Source: Pirellulales bacterium
Lineage (GTDB): Bacteria; Planctomycetota; Planctomycetia; Pirellulales; PALSA-1355
DNA: 64,000 nucleotides
Direction of reading: 5' to 3'
Assembly: GCA_963733035.1 (NCBI GenBank)
Contig: CAVTBU010000005.1
Span: 544,001-608,000, forward strand
Shown: in pieces, positions 10,469 to 21,448 of the stretch
Position numbering within the stretch: position 1 is the first letter of the stretch
Layout: each line of letters begins with the position of its first letter
Notes under the pieces: model-generated
The model's input: the letters and a program-made list of their open reading frames with translations, nothing else
Databases searched by the model: none
Told to the model about the DNA's origin: nothing
Made by a program: the position numbers and the translations under genes

Positions 10469-12737
10469 TCACTCCCGGTCGAGTTCGGTCTGCAGCGCTC
10501 GCACCTGGTCAAGGTTCACGCCGACGGGCTCGTGTTCGAGCAGCCAATCAACGTCGTCGCGTGCGCGCTGGCGCTCGTTGAGCTGGTAGCGAACCATCGC
10601 TCGCAGCATGTGGTAGGGGCCATGTTCGGGCTCAACGGCGAGCATGGCATTCAGGTAGCGGTGCAGGGCCGCGGGATCACTGCGTGAAACGCTGAGCAGG
10701 TTTTGCAACATGCGGAAGATGATCGCCCGCTTGGTAGTCGGCTCAAAAAGCTTTGCGACCTGACTCTCGGTCAACTCCCCATCGGTTGCGTCGTTAACCC
10801 GCCGCTCGGCCTCCTTTCGGCTCACCTCCGCGGCGCCCTCGAATACGTCGATTAGTCGGGGGTCTCCTTCGGGGGGAACATACGCCACGATAAAGTGCCC
10901 GGGCAGACCCACGCCAACGACGTCCAAGCCGATCCTCCGCGCCAGTTCCAGATACACGACCGAAAGCGTGATGGGCAGCCCTTCGCGGTCGTCGAGCACT
11001 TCGTTCAGGTAGCTGTTGGCCCGATTGTAAAAGTCGCCGCGGCTGCCGTGAAAACCATTCTCCTTGAAAAGATAATTCTTTAGAGCGGCCAGTTTCGCCG
11101 CGTCATCCGCATCTTCTCCGAGCGACGCGTTAAGTTCCGCGGCCATCTCGTCGAGTTCCTGGCAGTAGGCATCCACGTCGACCTCCTCGTTATCGAGCCG
11201 GGCGACCAGCAACCCGGCACGGAACAAGTCGATCTTCGCTTCGTCAGCGGAAAGCGTGGCCAGCAGATCGTCGATCACGCGGCGCTCGGTGAGCTTCGAG
11301 CGCCAGTTCGCGAAGCCTCTCGGCCCGGCGATCGAGTTCGGAGGCCCGTCGCCGCAGCACCTTCGCAGCGCGAACCGGGTCGGTGGCCAGATCTTCAATG
11401 ACCGCCTCATCGAGAGAACCTTCGGTTGGCAACTTTTCAACAAGACCTACGATGCGCTCCGCTTCTTCCGGCCGCACTGTCGAGCGTGGCACTTCGGTGC
11501 CGACGTGAAACCCGCGAAATTCAGCCTCGGTGTCGCGAAACTTAACCAGACCGATTTTGCCAGGCTGCAGCGCCGAGTCGGCCATCGTGACAACTGGTTG
11601 GTCATTGACGAAACACTTGATCCTTCCGTCTTCGAGCCGCACGCGTAGGTTGTTCCACTTGCCCGCTGCATAGTGCTTGTTCGGTTGGCTATAGAGAATC
11701 TGCCAGGTTTGGATATCGGGGCCTGCGAATCGCGTCAGGCGCATCTGACCATTGGTCGGGTAGAAGCCGTAATGCCGGTTCTCGCCGTCGGAGCAAAATG
11801 CCAACCCCGCCGCGCCAGACTCGTCGTCCAGCTTCACGTCGACGGTTATCTCGAAAGGTCGCTCGGGTGGAATTGCCGTCGACAGGCAGAGCGAACGCCC
11901 TCCAAACCCATCGCCGAGCCCATCGACCAGGATGCGACCGGCACGTTGCCGCCAGTGGGCCCCGAACACTGGTTGCCACTCGCGGGCATCGAGCGCCCCG
12001 ATGGTTCGCCAGCGCGACATGGCGATCGGATTGGGCTTCTCGAGTAGCGGCTTGAGCAGGTTAATCGTGAGGGCAAACCCAAGGTTGGGCGTCACGAGCG
12101 ACTTCATCGTCATCACGCCCTGCACGCGCCCCTGGCGATCGATGAGTGGTCCACCGCTGTTGCCAGGTTCAATCGGAATGGCCAGTTGGATCATCGGCCG
12201 GCCGTCCATTTCGCGCATGCCGCTAACCAACCCGCTAACGACACTGTGCTTGAGTCCGCGCGGATTGCCCAATGCAATAACGCTTTGCCCCTGTTTGAGC
12301 TGATCGGAATCACCCAGCTCGAGCGGCACCAAGTCCATGGCGTCGATCTTCAGCACGGCAAGATCCAGTTCTCGATTCGACGCGTGAACTTCGGTCACCT
12401 CGACCTGTCGGCCGCTGGCCAATTGCACGCGGATGTCGCGACCATCGCCGATGACGTGGTAGTTCGTCACAACGTGACCATCGGGCGAAATGATGAACCC
12501 GGCTCCCATCCCCTCTCGTCGACCGTCGCGACCGGCGGAAGTGATGACGACGACCGACTCGCGCACCCGCTCGGTCAGTTCCGCAATACTCAACTTGGAA
12601 TCGTCCGCCGCGTCGGCATTCGATTCGCGAGACTCTGTCGCGGCCGCGGAGGGCTCTTCGGCGACGGCGAATGTCCGCCAGAGGACCGATGCAAAGAGCG
12701 TCAACACTAAAAGCACAAGGCCGGATCGCATCATCAT
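10469..12737 (-). CDS. Secreted trypsin-like (S1C) protease + DUF1080-like domain + SirB1/transglutaminase-like/TPR domain; frameshift ~11290
   Basis: Signal peptide; triad motifs VTNYHV, DLAVL, GNSGGPL; DESGAAGL/GKIGL beta-domain; SYLNEVLDDREGLPITLSVVY..GVGLPGHF in the adjacent frame. Confidence 0.8.
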
Positions 12738-12927
12738 TTGCTCCGCGTCTTTGCCAAGACGGACCGGGGCGGTGCATCGCCCATAGCCTTGATGATACCC
12801 GGAATGCGGCCCCCGCGGCGAGTACCGCGTCGCGATTTAGCCTCCAACTGGCACCGCGTTTTAGTGCCAAACCAAGGCCTACGCGAAGCGTGGTGTGACC
12901 CGCCGAGAAGATCGGGCGATTTGCGAG

Positions 12928-13494
12928 CTACCGCACTGGCCCGATCAACTCAATCAAATTGCCGTCAGGATCGCGAACGACCGTCAGGGCAAGTCCTGGC
13001 GTGATGTCGGCCGGCAGTGGCACGGGGCTTTTGCCTATCGGCCGAACGCCTGCTCGGCCGAGTCGCTCGAGCGCACGATTGCCGTCTGCGACGTAGATCG
13101 TCAGGTAGCTGTAGCCGAGCTGCGCGTGAATGAACGAGTTGTCGGATTTCTTGGTCCCCGCGCCTGGCACTTGCATCAGCTTGAGCCGCGTGGCCGACGC
13201 TTCGTCACCAAGCACGAGCACGCGAATGTCGAGTCGCTTGTGGTCCGTCAGTCCAGCATCGGTGCAAAAGTCGGCGTCGACAGAGAATCCCTGGATTTCC
13301 TTAAAGCCGATTGCCTCGGTATAGAATTTCACTGCGCGATCGAGGTCGCTAACGACCACGCCGATATCGATCGTCGAACGGGCAAAATCGCTTCTTGAAT
13401 CGTTGGCTGCGTGACTTGCCAGCCAACCGCCGCCCACGATCGCCAAGCCCAAGAACGTTACAACGGCCCACCGACCGCCGGAAGAATACATCAT
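12928..13494 (-). CDS. VOC/glyoxalase family protein with signal peptide
   Basis: IGVVVSDLDRAVKFY..G and RDPDGNLIEL motifs; start approximate. Confidence 0.85.
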   Translation of the reverse strand: MMYSSGGRWAVVTFLGLAIVGGGWLASHAANDSRSDFARSTIDIGVVVSDLDRAVKFYTEAIGFKEIQGFSVDADFCTDAGLTDHKRLDIRVLVLGDEASATRLKLMQVPGAGTKKSDNSFIHAQLGYSYLTIYVADGNRALERLGRAGVRPIGKSPVPLPADITPGLALTVVRDPDGNLIELIGPVR

Positions 13495-13544
13495 TTCGTT
13501 GCCCCTGGTTGTCAATCGAACTTGTCGTACCGCAATCGGCGTGC

Positions 13545-13995
13545 TTATTCACTCGCCGGTTTCTCGCGCTGCCACACTTCCAGCACGCAGCCACTCCCCT
13601 GCTTGCCGGTGAATTCCATGGGCCGCGTCTTGTTATCCGATCGCAGACAAATCGTGAGCTTATCCCCTTCGACCTTGTAGATCACCAGATAGACTTTGTC
13701 TTGCTCACCATCGCCAACAACGATATCGAGCGCCTTCGGCTCCTGCGAAGGATCGAAGCGGTAGGTGCCTCGCTCATGGAAGTCGCCGTTCTGAAAATGG
13801 TAGTTGTTTTCCTCGACGGTGAGCTTGATTGCCTTCAGCTTTTCGTCCGGCGTCCGCTCTCCGTCGTGCTCCATCACGCACGGGATGCCAGACGCCTTGC
13901 CATTTGGCGATTTCCTGTTTGGCCGCGTCCTTCTCAGCGGCGATCACGGCGAACGACCCCACGATCAACAGTGCCGCGCTAACGAACCATCGCAT
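13545..13995 (-). CDS. TIGR03067 planctomycete domain protein; frameshift ~13876
   Basis: Signal peptide + QGVW, then DPSQEPKALDI..IYKVEGDKLTICL..RPMEF in another frame. Confidence 0.8.
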
Positions 13996-14094
13996 CTGCC
14001 CGAATCCTCGCGTGACGTGCCCCAAATCGTTGCGTCAACCGCCGTAGTATGCCCGGCTTTCCTTCGACTGTAAAGCAAGTGCCAGCAAGCAACT

Positions 14095-14766
14095 CTACTC
14101 CGTTGGCGCGGCGGCAGCCGCCGGCTTGCCGAGATGCTCGGCCAGAATCTGGTCGAGCCGGCCGGCAAACGAGGCGTCCGTGCGGACGTGCATCACCATG
14201 CGTTGCTTGAGAAACAGGTTCAATTGCAGGCCAGACTTGCCGGACCAGGAAAAACGGCTGATGTCATCCCAGGCAATAAAATGCCACGCCCCCTGAATCA
14301 ACCCGTGCTCGCACGCCTCGAGGCCCATCGGATCCACCTTCCACCACACGCGTACCACAAGATAGTTAACTGCGAAAAACAACAAGAACGGCGACGGTGG
14401 CATCAGAACAAACGCCCCCGGCCTGGCCGTGCGGAGCTTGAAGCCAACCTCGAACAAATAACCGCCCAGGAACAGTACAAGCAGCGCCCAGTGCAACAAC
14501 TTGCCGGAAAAACGGCCGAATCGCTCAATACGTCGGCCGGCCCTTCGTTCGACCTTCTGGCGCGCGAACAAGATATATCCTGAACTACAAACGACCACGA
14601 CTACCAGCACGACTGCCTGCACCAGCGCGGAGATTTGCGCCGTGCCCGACAAGTCCTTCACCAGCGTGGCCAGAACCGCGAACAACACTCCCGCGCCGGC
14701 CATCAGCACCAGCAAGTTGCGGATGCGAAACTGGCCGAGCGGCTCGAGTCGTTTCAGATCTTGCAT
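14095..14766 (-). CDS. Hypothetical membrane protein
   Basis: ~4 TM segments; N-terminal QFRIRNLL motif common in planctomycete membrane proteins. Confidence 0.65.
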   Translation of the reverse strand: MQDLKRLEPLGQFRIRNLLVLMAGAGVLFAVLATLVKDLSGTAQISALVQAVVLVVVVVCSSGYILFARQKVERRAGRRIERFGRFSGKLLHWALLVLFLGGYLFEVGFKLRTARPGAFVLMPPSPFLLFFAVNYLVVRVWWKVDPMGLEACEHGLIQGAWHFIAWDDISRFSWSGKSGLQLNLFLKQRMVMHVRTDASFAGRLDQILAEHLGKPAAAAAPTE

Positions 14767-14935
14767 GTGGATCGATCCCACCAGTCGGGTCAGGCAGCGT
14801 TGGCAGTTTAAGGCGGCGACGCGAGAAGTTCAATTTCGATCATATTCATGGGTCGCGTGCAGGATTTCGTCCACGGGTTCATGCCATATCGTGTGTTCGA
14901 ACGACATTTGAGCGAAGTACCCGGCGCGGACAGCG

Positions 14936-16279
14936 CTACTGCGCGTCGCCCGCAGACACATACACCGGTCGCCGGGGATCGATCGCCAGCCAGGCCAGCG
15001 CGCCGATGGCATAGGCGCATGCCGAGAGGGCGAAGCTAGCGGACCAGCCGAACTCCAGGGCAAGGCGTGGCACCAGCGAAATCCCAATCGCGGCCCCGAT
15101 GTTGCCGCACATGTTGCCTACGCCAAGAACGGTGCCCGAATAGGGGCCGCCCAGATCCTGGTAGGTACACCATAGCGAGCCGAGTCCAAAGTCACCCAGG
15201 AAAGACGAAATCACCAGCATCGCGACAATCGCCATGGGGTCTTCGAGAAAAAAACAACAGCCGTAGCTAATGGCAGCGCCACCATAGGAAAAGATGCACG
15301 GCGCGTGCCGTCCCCAGGCCAGCCCTAATCGACGGACCAACCAGTCGGTTGCAAACCCGCCGGCCAGGCAGCCGCCCATGCCGGCCAGCGCCACCGCGCT
15401 GGTATAGACGCCGGCATCGACGAGTTTCCAACCGTGCACTTTGTTCAAGTACGTTGGCAACAGCGTCCCCACCAGGATCCAACCGACGTTGATCCAGAAA
15501 TTCACCAGCGTCAAAAACCAAATCGAACGACTCCGCAAAAAATCCACGGGGCTGAGTCTCGGCAAAAAGGTGTCAGGAACCTTTCCGACCAATGGCCCCT
15601 CAATCAGCTCCGCTTCGGCCTCATTCACGCCGGCATGCTGGCGCGGTCGATCGCGAAACCACCACCAGTACAAACCCGCCCAGAAAATGCCCACGACGCC
15701 GTAGGCGACAAACACCGGCCGCCAGTGGAAAACCTGCAGCCCCAGCAGACCCACGGCCGCCATGCCGTACGCGGTGAGCGAAGGCGCCAACACGCCGCCG
15801 GCACGACCCCCGAGTGAGACCGCGCTGTTGGCGAATCCTCGCGACGAAAACGGCGTCCAGCGACGTAAGAAACCGGCCGTCGTGGCATAAGCACCGGCCT
15901 GTCCAATACCTAGTACGCCACGCATGACGACCAGCGACGCGAGCCCCGCCACAAACCCCATGCCCGTGATCGCCAACGACCAGGCAACCACATACAGCGT
16001 CAACGCTCGGCGGCCACCCCAACGGTCACCAAGCCAACCGGCCGGAATCTGGAACAATGCATAGCACCAGAAGAACGCCGCCACGGAATCGGCAACGTAT
16101 TCCAACGGAATGTCCAGATCCTCGATCATCGCCGGCATGGCCACCGAAATCGCCATCCGGTCGAGGTATAGAATCACCGCCATGGAAACGGCCAGCGCCA
16201 GCACGCGATAGCGAACCACCGTGGGGCGAACATCGAGCGCGGCGTTGGCAACTTCACTCTTCACGGAACCACCGGGCAT
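14936..16279 (-). CDS. MFS transporter (anion:cation symporter-like)
   Basis: YLDRMAISVA, YALFQIPAGWLGDRWGGR, ~12 TM. Confidence 0.9.
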   Translation of the reverse strand: MPGGSVKSEVANAALDVRPTVVRYRVLALAVSMAVILYLDRMAISVAMPAMIEDLDIPLEYVADSVAAFFWCYALFQIPAGWLGDRWGGRRALTLYVVAWSLAITGMGFVAGLASLVVMRGVLGIGQAGAYATTAGFLRRWTPFSSRGFANSAVSLGGRAGGVLAPSLTAYGMAAVGLLGLQVFHWRPVFVAYGVVGIFWAGLYWWWFRDRPRQHAGVNEAEAELIEGPLVGKVPDTFLPRLSPVDFLRSRSIWFLTLVNFWINVGWILVGTLLPTYLNKVHGWKLVDAGVYTSAVALAGMGGCLAGGFATDWLVRRLGLAWGRHAPCIFSYGGAAISYGCCFFLEDPMAIVAMLVISSFLGDFGLGSLWCTYQDLGGPYSGTVLGVGNMCGNIGAAIGISLVPRLALEFGWSASFALSACAYAIGALAWLAIDPRRPVYVSAGDAQ

Positions 16280-16411
16280 GTGAAAGCGCCGCGCAACGGG
16301 GCACGTTGCGGTTGATCAGATTCAGGAGTAGCATGACGCGTCCAACCTAACGGGCGGCGCGGCGGGCCGCAATCGTGGCTTTTGCACTTACCGGTAGAAA
16401 GAACACGGCCA

Positions 16412-17476
16412 ATGTTGATCTTCGATGCGCATCTTGACCTGAGCATGAACGCCCTGGAATGGAACCGCGATCTCACGCGTCCCATCGAAGAGATCCGTGC
16501 ACGAGAGCAAGGTAAGAAGGACAAGCCAGATCGTGGCAATGGCACGGTCTGCTTGCCCGAAATGCGGCGCGGCGGCGTCGGCCTCTGCGTGGCCACGCTG
16601 ATTGCCCGCTACGTAAAACCGTCAAACCCGCTCCCCGGCTTCCACGCCGCCGAAATCGCCTGGGCCCATACGCAAGGGCAGCTCGCCTGGTATCGGGCAA
16701 TGGAAGAAGCCGGCGAGATGACACAGATTTGCGATCTGGCCGGACTCAAGAAGCACGTGCAACTTTGGCAGGATCCGCCAGCCAACGCACCAATCGGATA
16801 CATCCTCAGTCTGGAAGGTGCCGATTCGATCCTTGCACCGAAGCACCTGGAGCGGGCCTATGCGCAGGGCCTGCGTGCCATTGGCCCGGCGCACTATGGA
16901 CCGGGCACGTACGCGCAGGGCACGCACGCCACCGGCGGCATCGGCCAGGCGGGCCGCGAATTGCTGGCGGAAATGCAACGGCTGGGCATCATTCTCGACG
17001 CCACGCACCTGTGCGACGAAAGCTTTTGGGAGGCGTTGGACACCTACGACGGTCCGGTATGGGCCAGCCACAACAATTGCCGCGCGCTTGTCAACGACAC
17101 GCGGCAATTCACCGACGAGCAACTCAAGGCCCTCATTCAGCGCGGCGGGGTGATTGGCGCCCCGCTCGACGCCTGGATGATGGTGCCCGGCTGGGTTCGC
17201 GGCAAATCGACTCCCCTCGAAGCGGGCGTGAAATTCGAGCACATGCTGGATCATATCGACCACGTCTGCCAGCTAGCAGGCAACGCCCGGCATGCTGGCA
17301 TCGGCACCGATCTGGACGGCGGGTTCGGCCGCGAACAGAGTCCAGCCGACCTGGAAACGATCGCCGATCTCGCCAAACTGCCAAAGATGCTCGAAAAAAG
17401 GGGCTATTCGGCAACGGACGTCGAGGGCATCATGCACGGGAATTGGCTCCGGTTCCTGGAAAATGCCTGGAGATAA
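16412..17476 (+). CDS. Membrane dipeptidase (peptidase M19)
   Basis: DAHLD, LSLEGAD, DATHL, ASHNN, HIDH, IGTDLDG, GNWLRF. Confidence 0.9.
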   Translation: MLIFDAHLDLSMNALEWNRDLTRPIEEIRAREQGKKDKPDRGNGTVCLPEMRRGGVGLCVATLIARYVKPSNPLPGFHAAEIAWAHTQGQLAWYRAMEEAGEMTQICDLAGLKKHVQLWQDPPANAPIGYILSLEGADSILAPKHLERAYAQGLRAIGPAHYGPGTYAQGTHATGGIGQAGRELLAEMQRLGIILDATHLCDESFWEALDTYDGPVWASHNNCRALVNDTRQFTDEQLKALIQRGGVIGAPLDAWMMVPGWVRGKSTPLEAGVKFEHMLDHIDHVCQLAGNARHAGIGTDLDGGFGREQSPADLETIADLAKLPKMLEKRGYSATDVEGIMHGNWLRFLENAWR

Positions 17477-17700
17477 GTTTCCGCCGATTGTCCGGGGGGT
17501 AGTGACATTTGCGGAAAATGGGTTACAAAAGTGTTAGCGAACATCGGTCAGAATCTCCCGTAACACAAACAGGAACTGGGGGAAGCTTCTGGTGCGATGC
17601 GTCAACATTCACCCCGTTCGGTTGCCGTTGGGGCGACACCGGCACTCGAACAACAGCTTCCCACCGTCGTCTTACGCCCCCGCTTTGTGGAGTTCTCCTC

Positions 17701-18321
17701 TTGAGCACCGCAGCTTATCCAACGATTGACCGTTCGCGTGCTCTGCACGTCGTTGCCCGTGTGATCTCCGACGCTTTGAGCCCTGCCGCGCTCGCCGTGC
17801 CCGGATTGATGCTGGGCGTCTGGGCCAGTGGTGTGCCCGGCACGTTTCGATATGCATTACTGTATGCGGCGGTCGCAGTGGTCGTGCCGATGGTGTACTT
17901 GGTGTGGTTGATGAAAACCGGTCGAATCACGGACTTCCATTTGCCCAATCGGCGTGAGCGTTTCGGTCCCTTTGCGGTTGCGTCCGCATCAGCGGCCGGT
18001 GGTGTGGGACTGCTCCTCTATTTGGGCGCGCCGTCGGCATTTGTAGCGCCGCTGATCGCAGCACTCGCGCAGATCGTGCTGCTGTTTGTCATCACGCTAG
18101 CCTGGCAGATCAGCATTCACACGGCGACCAGCGCCGGGCTGGCAACCTTTGCCGTCTTGGCCCTCGGCGGAGCGGCCGTCTTGCTGCTGCTTCTGGTGCC
18201 GGTCGTGATGTGGGCTCGCTTGTACCTGCGGCGGCATACGCTCGCACAAACCTTGGCGGGCGCCGGGCTCGGCGTGGCCGCATTCTGTGGACTGTTTCTC
18301 GTGCACGGCATCTGGTGGTAG
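17701..18321 (+). CDS. PAP2-superfamily-like membrane protein
   Basis: Hydrophobic; ISIH and WARLYLRRHTLAQ resemble PAP2 C2/C3 motifs; TTG start after GGAG. Confidence 0.65.
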   Translation: MSTAAYPTIDRSRALHVVARVISDALSPAALAVPGLMLGVWASGVPGTFRYALLYAAVAVVVPMVYLVWLMKTGRITDFHLPNRRERFGPFAVASASAAGGVGLLLYLGAPSAFVAPLIAALAQIVLLFVITLAWQISIHTATSAGLATFAVLALGGAAVLLLLLVPVVMWARLYLRRHTLAQTLAGAGLGVAAFCGLFLVHGIWW

Positions 18322-18331
18322 ACGCCCGGTC

Positions 18332-20659
18332 CTACCGCACCTGCAAGCCGCTTTCGGCAACGTCACTTTCTTCGGTACTACCAGCGCGGTCCACTTTGCA
18401 GCCGCGGGTGAAGAATCGCCCCAACGGACCTGCCAGAATGACGGGCGTCAGCGCCAGGTCGGCCACGAGGCCAAACCCCAGCAGCGTGAACATCAACAGG
18501 CCGAACCGCCGGGTCGGCATGAAGCTGCTCAGCGCAAAGGTGAGCAGCCCCAGCGACACGATGGCAGTGCTCTGATAGATTGCGCCGGCCGAGTGCTCGT
18601 AGGCCATGACGACGGCATCCTTGCGTTTCAGCCCCATGCGTGTGGCGCGGCGAAACCAGTTGGCAAAGTGGACGGTGTCGTCCACGCATACCCCCATCGC
18701 CACGCTGGCGGTCATCATCGTACCGATGTCGAGTGCAATACCCAGCCAACTCATCAGCCCAAACACCACGGTCATCGGAAACACGTTGGGCAACATCGTC
18801 AGCAGGCCGGCTCGCACGTCGCGAAACATAATGCTCATCACGGCGGCAATCATGGCGAACGCGCCGAAGAAGCTCTCGGTCAGGCCATTGAGCAGCGCGC
18901 GCTCGGCCATGTAAACGACCGGCGTCATCCCGGTATACGTCACACCGTCAAGCCCCTTGACGCCCTGCGAACGTTGGCGATCGAGCGCCGGCTCGACATG
19001 ATGTCGAATGTCGTCGATGAACGCACCGTAGTCGATGTCCGCCAAGGCCGCCACGCGCAGACTGATGCGCCACCACTCCTGGCCCGTCTTTTTGTCGACG
19101 GTCAGATAGCCTTCCTTCACGAAGTCCTCGCGATGGGCGTCGAGCCGCTTGGTGAGCACGTCGCGCCGCAACAGCCCACGCACGCTGCCGCTCCGACTTG
19201 GCCTCAGATCGGGCGCGAACGTGACGGCGGACATCGTGCCGCCAACAGCGGGAATCTCCTGAGCGGCCTGTTGTATTCTTTCGACGGTCCGCATTCGCTC
19301 CAGCATCGTTTGGTCGTTGGCCTTTTCATCGAACCGCACGACGAGTTCCATCGGCACCAGCGGGCCCAGGTTGGCCTCCAGCCAGCGGTAGTCGTGTATA
19401 ATTTTCGCGTCCGGCGAAAACAGGCTCATCAGGTTGATTGTCGTTTTGGCCTGGTAGAGCCCCGACCCACAACCAACCATCAGCCCCAAAAACACCAACC
19501 ACACCAGCCGCGGTCGGCCGACGACAAAACTCCCGAGGGCGCGCATTTGCCGGCGATGCTTCGGATCGAGCAGGCTGTCTTCCTCATCCACGAGCCCCTC
19601 GGGCAGCTTGGGGGGCCAAATTGTCAAGGCGGACGGCAAGTACAGAAACATAAACCCGACCGTCGCCATCACACCCAGGGCCGTATAGAAGCCGAAGGCC
19701 TTGATCGGCACCAGTTCGCTGATATACAGCGAGATCAAGCCCATGGCCGTCGTGCCGGACGATAGCGTACAAGGGAGCCAGGCCGCCGTCACGGCCCGCT
19801 CCGGCGCACCGCGCATGCCGCCGTGCAAACAAACGTGTCGATAATAGTTGATCAAATGCATGGCCGTGGCCAGCCCCGCGGTGTATACCACCGCCGGCAT
19901 CGTCAACAGCACGGAGCTCATTTGGCCGCCGAGCACCCAGACCAGAGCCAGGCAGATACCCGCGCTGTAGACACCGCCCACCAACACCATGACGGTCAGC
20001 CGCAGGTCGCGGATATACCACCAGGCAAGCGACAGGCCGACGGCACCGCACAGGCCCATCAGACGCATCAACATCCGCTCGCCTTCCATGTCGATCGTCA
20101 CATTGTCGACCGGCGGTCCGCCCATCCGCAGATTCTGCTCGGAGATTCCCAACTGCTCTGCGTCGTGGTAGACCTGGGCGATCGATTCCCGCAAGTGCTC
20201 GCGTCCCAATGCCGAAAGCGTCAAGGCCACGCAGGTCTGTTTGCCGTTCGGTCCGATGAGCGTCCCCTTCAGCCGTTTCACCGCTTCGCTCTGCGAGAGG
20301 CTCGTCGGCGGGTTCATCAAGCGTTCGAGCACGCTTTCGCCGGTCACCGCGCTTTGGAAGTAGTGCGGTGTTTTCGGATCGCTGGGCATGACCAGGTGGT
20401 CGGCTAGTTCGCCGACGCGCGGGTTGTCGAGGGTGCACCCCTCCCAACTCACCAGCACGAACGTCTCATCGCCAAAGTGCCGCTGGAACTCCTGATAGTC
20501 ACGCGTGGCCTGAAACGTATCCGGGAGCCACTCCTTCACGTCGTTCTTGTTGGTCTTGAGTGCGAGTATGGCCGCCCACACGGTAAATGGCAGCATCACC
20601 ACTACCAAGGCGATGATCGGCCAACTGAACTGCTCGTAAAATGACTTTCTGGCTGCCAT
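18332..20659 (-). CDS. MMPL/RND family transporter
   Basis: Two MMPL repeats; PCTLSSGTTAMG, GVCVDDTVHF, ADLALTP. Confidence 0.88.
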   Translation of the reverse strand: MAARKSFYEQFSWPIIALVVVMLPFTVWAAILALKTNKNDVKEWLPDTFQATRDYQEFQRHFGDETFVLVSWEGCTLDNPRVGELADHLVMPSDPKTPHYFQSAVTGESVLERLMNPPTSLSQSEAVKRLKGTLIGPNGKQTCVALTLSALGREHLRESIAQVYHDAEQLGISEQNLRMGGPPVDNVTIDMEGERMLMRLMGLCGAVGLSLAWWYIRDLRLTVMVLVGGVYSAGICLALVWVLGGQMSSVLLTMPAVVYTAGLATAMHLINYYRHVCLHGGMRGAPERAVTAAWLPCTLSSGTTAMGLISLYISELVPIKAFGFYTALGVMATVGFMFLYLPSALTIWPPKLPEGLVDEEDSLLDPKHRRQMRALGSFVVGRPRLVWLVFLGLMVGCGSGLYQAKTTINLMSLFSPDAKIIHDYRWLEANLGPLVPMELVVRFDEKANDQTMLERMRTVERIQQAAQEIPAVGGTMSAVTFAPDLRPSRSGSVRGLLRRDVLTKRLDAHREDFVKEGYLTVDKKTGQEWWRISLRVAALADIDYGAFIDDIRHHVEPALDRQRSQGVKGLDGVTYTGMTPVVYMAERALLNGLTESFFGAFAMIAAVMSIMFRDVRAGLLTMLPNVFPMTVVFGLMSWLGIALDIGTMMTASVAMGVCVDDTVHFANWFRRATRMGLKRKDAVVMAYEHSAGAIYQSTAIVSLGLLTFALSSFMPTRRFGLLMFTLLGFGLVADLALTPVILAGPLGRFFTRGCKVDRAGSTEESDVAESGLQVR

Positions 20660-21062
20660 TTCGCGCTTCAAAAAAACCGTGCGTTCAGAATTCAACAACT
20701 GCCGGGCGGCCGTGGCCGGCTCTCACGGTCGCCTTGATCGCCCGGCCAAACCACCTCGATCGCAGGCGTCCGAGCGGCTCGCGACGGGCGAGTGTCCGGC
20801 CATCGTACGGAGCAAAACCCGCGCCGCCCGCGCTAACACCATCCTCGCTGAAGCCCCGGCCTGCAAGCCCTGGTGGGCGGAAAAGTCGCGGCAATTGGCC
20901 CCGTTGAGTCGACAAACGGCGGATCGTGCGGTATTGGTGGTACATTTGGCGCAGCTCTCCGCGCGGGAGAACCGATCGGCCCGTAGTGGCACGCAAGCTG
21001 CGACCGAATGAGTGAGCACGGCGCATTGCACAGCAACCCAGCATTTCAGACCGGAGCCGTCC

Positions 21063-21431
21063 ATGGCCAAGAAAGCAAAAGCCGCCACGTCCAAACCGAA
21101 AAAATCTGCGACAACTGGCAAGTCCGCTAGCAAGCCCGCGGCAAAGGCGGCCGCTCCCAAGATAGCGCGGAGCAAAACCGCGCCCGCCAAACGCAAGGCT
21201 TCCCATTCGACCACACGAACCCCGGCACCAGCGGTCGTCACCAAGAAAGTCGTCGCGGAAGTTACCGTCCATCAACCCTTGACGGAACGGTTTGGCAGCA
21301 TCGACGAAGCCAAAGACGCCACGCTTGACGCCCTGCTCGAAATCATCGAAGCGGCCGAGGAGCGCCTCCGCGACGTCAAACGTGTCCAAACGTTCGAGGA
21401 ACTCGAACCGCTGGCAAACGGCCGTCTCTAG
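21063..21431 (+). CDS. Hypothetical protein with Lys/Ala-rich histone H1-like N-terminus
   Basis: GGAG RBS; MAKKAKAATSKPKKSATTGKSASKPAAKAAAPK.. followed by an acidic helical domain. Confidence 0.7.
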   Translation: MAKKAKAATSKPKKSATTGKSASKPAAKAAAPKIARSKTAPAKRKASHSTTRTPAPAVVTKKVVAEVTVHQPLTERFGSIDEAKDATLDALLEIIEAAEERLRDVKRVQTFEELEPLANGRL

Positions 21432-21448
21432 GCGCCAATCTGGGCACT

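Noticed and set aside
17575..17665. GGGAAGCT..AGCTTCCC-closed structure upstream of the PAP2-like gene as a riboswitch
   Set aside because: No known aptamer consensus or expression platform; one 8-bp helix is weak evidence
18287..19765. 492-aa + strand ORF and similar long antisense ORFs
   Set aside because: Antisense shadows of real high-GC genes; no recognisable motifs
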